Position numbers and translations under genes: made by a program. Positions 62,086 through 64,000 of a DNA stretch of 64,000 nt are shown piece after piece. How positions within the stretch are numbered: position 1 is the stretch's first letter; every line of letters begins with the position of its first letter. Origin of the DNA: Burkholderiales bacterium (lineage in GTDB: Bacteria > Pseudomonadota > Gammaproteobacteria > Burkholderiales > Burkholderiaceae_C); NCBI GenBank assembly GCA_038207945.1, contig JBBQZG010000002.1, positions 5,888-69,887 of the forward strand. The letters run 5' to 3'. Under the pieces are notes generated by a model that was not told the DNA's origin, did no database searches, and saw nothing but the letters and a program-made list of their open reading frames with translations.

Positions 62086-62394
62086 CTAGCAGGATTTTTT
62101 GTGCACTGAGGCATAGGGATCCATAAATTCCAAATGCCCTTCTGGCGGCTCCAGCGGCGTTTGCAATGTGCTTGCAAACATGACCTCATCGGAAAATTGG
62201 CTGTCCTGAAAGGCCACAGAATCCTCCCACAGCGCCCAAGCCGCATCATCGTTGACTTCGATCACTTCAACCGCAGGCATAGAAGGCGCCACCTGATCCT
62301 GGGCTTGGCTCAGTGCCACTGAACCGTCTTGCATTTGCCGACTTTCGGCAAAGTCATCCAAGGGCTCTTTGGCTGGGCCGAGGGGATTGAACAT
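62086..62394 (-). CDS. Acidic hypothetical protein
   Basis: 102-aa ORF with GGAG RBS and EVIEVNDDAAWALWEDSV motif. Confidence 0.6.
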   Translation of the reverse strand: MFNPLGPAKEPLDDFAESRQMQDGSVALSQAQDQVAPSMPAVEVIEVNDDAAWALWEDSVAFQDSQFSDEVMFASTLQTPLEPPEGHLEFMDPYASVHKKSC

Positions 62395-62599
62395 GGGTGC
62401 TCCGCAAGTGTGATGTGATGCCGGGAACAGGATTTGCATCCACCCTGCATCACACCAATGTCATATTTTGCCCCCTAAACCCTCGCCAACAACGTTTCAC
62501 AGTTTTTGAGTTGTCTCACACTGTTGTCATTTCGTTGCATGGCAGTTTACGTGATGGGCTTGCGCTGCGGACAAGCGCTGCGAAATGAATTCAACCCAC

Positions 62600-63637
62600 T
62601 CAAACGTAGCGCTTGGCCATGGTCTCCAGTGACACCGGCTTGATCTTGCTGCCCATGCCAGCGCAGCCAAAGGCTTCAAAACGCGCCTTGACAATGCCGC
62701 GTGCCGCGTTTTTGGCAGCCACCAGCGCCTTGCGTGGGTCAAATTCGCTGGGCTGCTGGGCAAAAATCTGCCGCATGGCGCCGGTCATGGCGAGGCGGAT
62801 GTCAGTGTCGATGTTGATCTTGCGCACACCGCTTTGAATACCGCGCTGGATTTCCTCCACCGGCACACCATAGGTTTCCTTGATGTCGCCACCAAACTGA
62901 CGAATGATCGCCAACCACTCTTGTGGCACGCTGCTTGAGCCGTGCATCACCAGATGGGTGTTGGGAATTTGCGCGTGGATGGCGGCAATGCGGTCAATCG
63001 CCAGAATGTCACCTGTGGGCTTGCGGGTGAACTTGTAGGCGCCGTGGCTGGTGCCAATGGCAATGGCCAGGGCGTCGACACCGGTTTTTTCGACAAAATC
63101 TTTGGCCTGCACCGGGTCGGTCAGCATCTGGTCATGGCTGAGTTTGCCTTCGGCACCAATGCCGTCCTCTTCACCTGCGTCGCCGGTTTCCAGGCTGCCC
63201 AGGCAACCCAACTCGCCTTCAACTGACACACCAATCGGGTGCGACATCTGGCATACCAGTCGGGTGATGTCGACGTTGTACTCGTAGCTGGAAGGCGTCT
63301 TGCCGTCGCTCATGAGTGAGCCGTCCATCATCACACTGGTAAAGCCTGAGCGAATCGACTGCTGGCACACCGCGGCTGAAGTGCCGTGGTCTTGGTGCAC
63401 CACCACCGGAATGTCAGGGTGCGACTCCACGGCGGCCAGCATCATGTGGCGCAGGTAGGCCTCACCAGCATATTTGCGGGCACCGGCCGAGGCTTGCAAA
63501 ATGACCGGGCTGTTGGTCTCCTGCGCGGCCTCCATGATGGCGATGATTTGCTCAAGGTTGTTGACATTGAACGCGGGCACGCCATAGTTGTTTTCTGCAG
63601 CGTGGTCAAGCATTTGACGAAGGGAAACAAAGGCCAT
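62600..63637 (-). CDS. fba: Fructose-bisphosphate aldolase class II
   Basis: [36 protein letters not shown]. Confidence 0.97.
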   Translation of the reverse strand: MAFVSLRQMLDHAAENNYGVPAFNVNNLEQIIAIMEAAQETNSPVILQASAGARKYAGEAYLRHMMLAAVESHPDIPVVVHQDHGTSAAVCQQSIRSGFTSVMMDGSLMSDGKTPSSYEYNVDITRLVCQMSHPIGVSVEGELGCLGSLETGDAGEEDGIGAEGKLSHDQMLTDPVQAKDFVEKTGVDALAIAIGTSHGAYKFTRKPTGDILAIDRIAAIHAQIPNTHLVMHGSSSVPQEWLAIIRQFGGDIKETYGVPVEEIQRGIQSGVRKINIDTDIRLAMTGAMRQIFAQQPSEFDPRKALVAAKNAARGIVKARFEAFGCAGMGSKIKPVSLETMAKRYV

Positions 63638-63653
63638 GATGATCTCCTGGTGG

Positions 63654-63717
63654 TTTTAAGAAAAAAGAGGCTCCAGCCCACGCAAATCATGCGTGAGTAG
63701 CTATAAATTTAATACTG
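63654..63717 (+). repeat. ~65-bp AT-rich repeat, intergenic pgk-fba copy
   Basis: TTTTAAGAAAAAAGAGGCTCCAGCCCACGCAAATCATGCGTGAGTAGCTATAAATTTAATAC. Confidence 0.72.
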
Positions 63718-63761
63718 AATATGGGTTGCCAGTGCCGGTCAACCCAACAGAAGACCTTGAC

Positions 63762-64000
63762 TTAGCCCGCTGCGCGCTTTTGCAGAATCTCAAAGGCGGG
63801 CAGGGTTTTGCCTTCCAGCACTTCCAGAAATGCGCCGCCGCCGGTCGAGATGTAGCCGATGTCTTTTTCAATGCCGTACTTGGCAATGGCTGCCAGCGTG
63901 TCGCCGCCACCTGCAATGCTGAAGGCGCTGGACTCGGCAATCGCATGCGCAATCACCTTGGTGCCGTTCTCAAACGCCGCAAACTCAAACACCCCCACCG
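63762..64000 (-). CDS. pgk: Phosphoglycerate kinase, C-terminal part
   Basis: [21 protein letters not shown]. Confidence 0.97.
   Translation of the reverse strand, partial: VGVFEFAAFENGTKVIAHAIAESSAFSIAGGGDTLAAIAKYGIEKDIGYISTGGGAFLEVLEGKTLPAFEILQKRAAG

Noticed and set aside
61936-62600. Genomic island integrated at tRNA-Arg
   Set aside because: No integrase and no duplicated tRNA 3' end seen; core genes fba and pgk follow closely.
6891-63717. AT-rich repeats as a CRISPR array or integron attC sites
   Set aside because: Copies are dispersed, diverged and irregularly spaced, many lie inside core genes, they lack RYYYAAC/GTTRRRY ends, and no cas or intI gene is present.

Overview
Mostly core chromosome of a GC-rich betaproteobacterium; gene order and protein sequences point to Comamonadaceae, Rhodoferax-like (inference). 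In order: rpoE-rseA-rseB-degP/mucD; the fab/plsX/rpmF cluster; maf/sppA/rluC/rne; hemCDXY; ppc; a LytS/LytTR pair; argH; cytochrome c4; selD; rpoH with a CIRCE operator; an aa3-type cytochrome c oxidase cluster with assembly genes; bioC-like/comF/trmL; a MoxR-VWA pair interrupted by GNAT and vapBC; tamAB; a NemR-yqhD-DJ-1 cluster; tRNA-Arg(CCT); fba and pgk. Two things stand out. (1) The A1-type heme-copper oxidase keeps its D-channel, metal ligands, active-site Tyr and CuA site, but has lost the other K-channel residues (Lys, Thr and Ser in subunit I, Glu in subunit II). A separate 75-aa COX2-transmembrane-only gene just upstream still carries that Glu, and the cox promoter shares an identical FNR-box geometry with a dihaem c4 gene. 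(2) An AT-rich ~65-bp repeat occurs about 14 times, both between genes and in frame inside housekeeping genes in several different reading frames, reminiscent of Rickettsia RPEs. All calls come from reading the sequence by eye; no searches were run.
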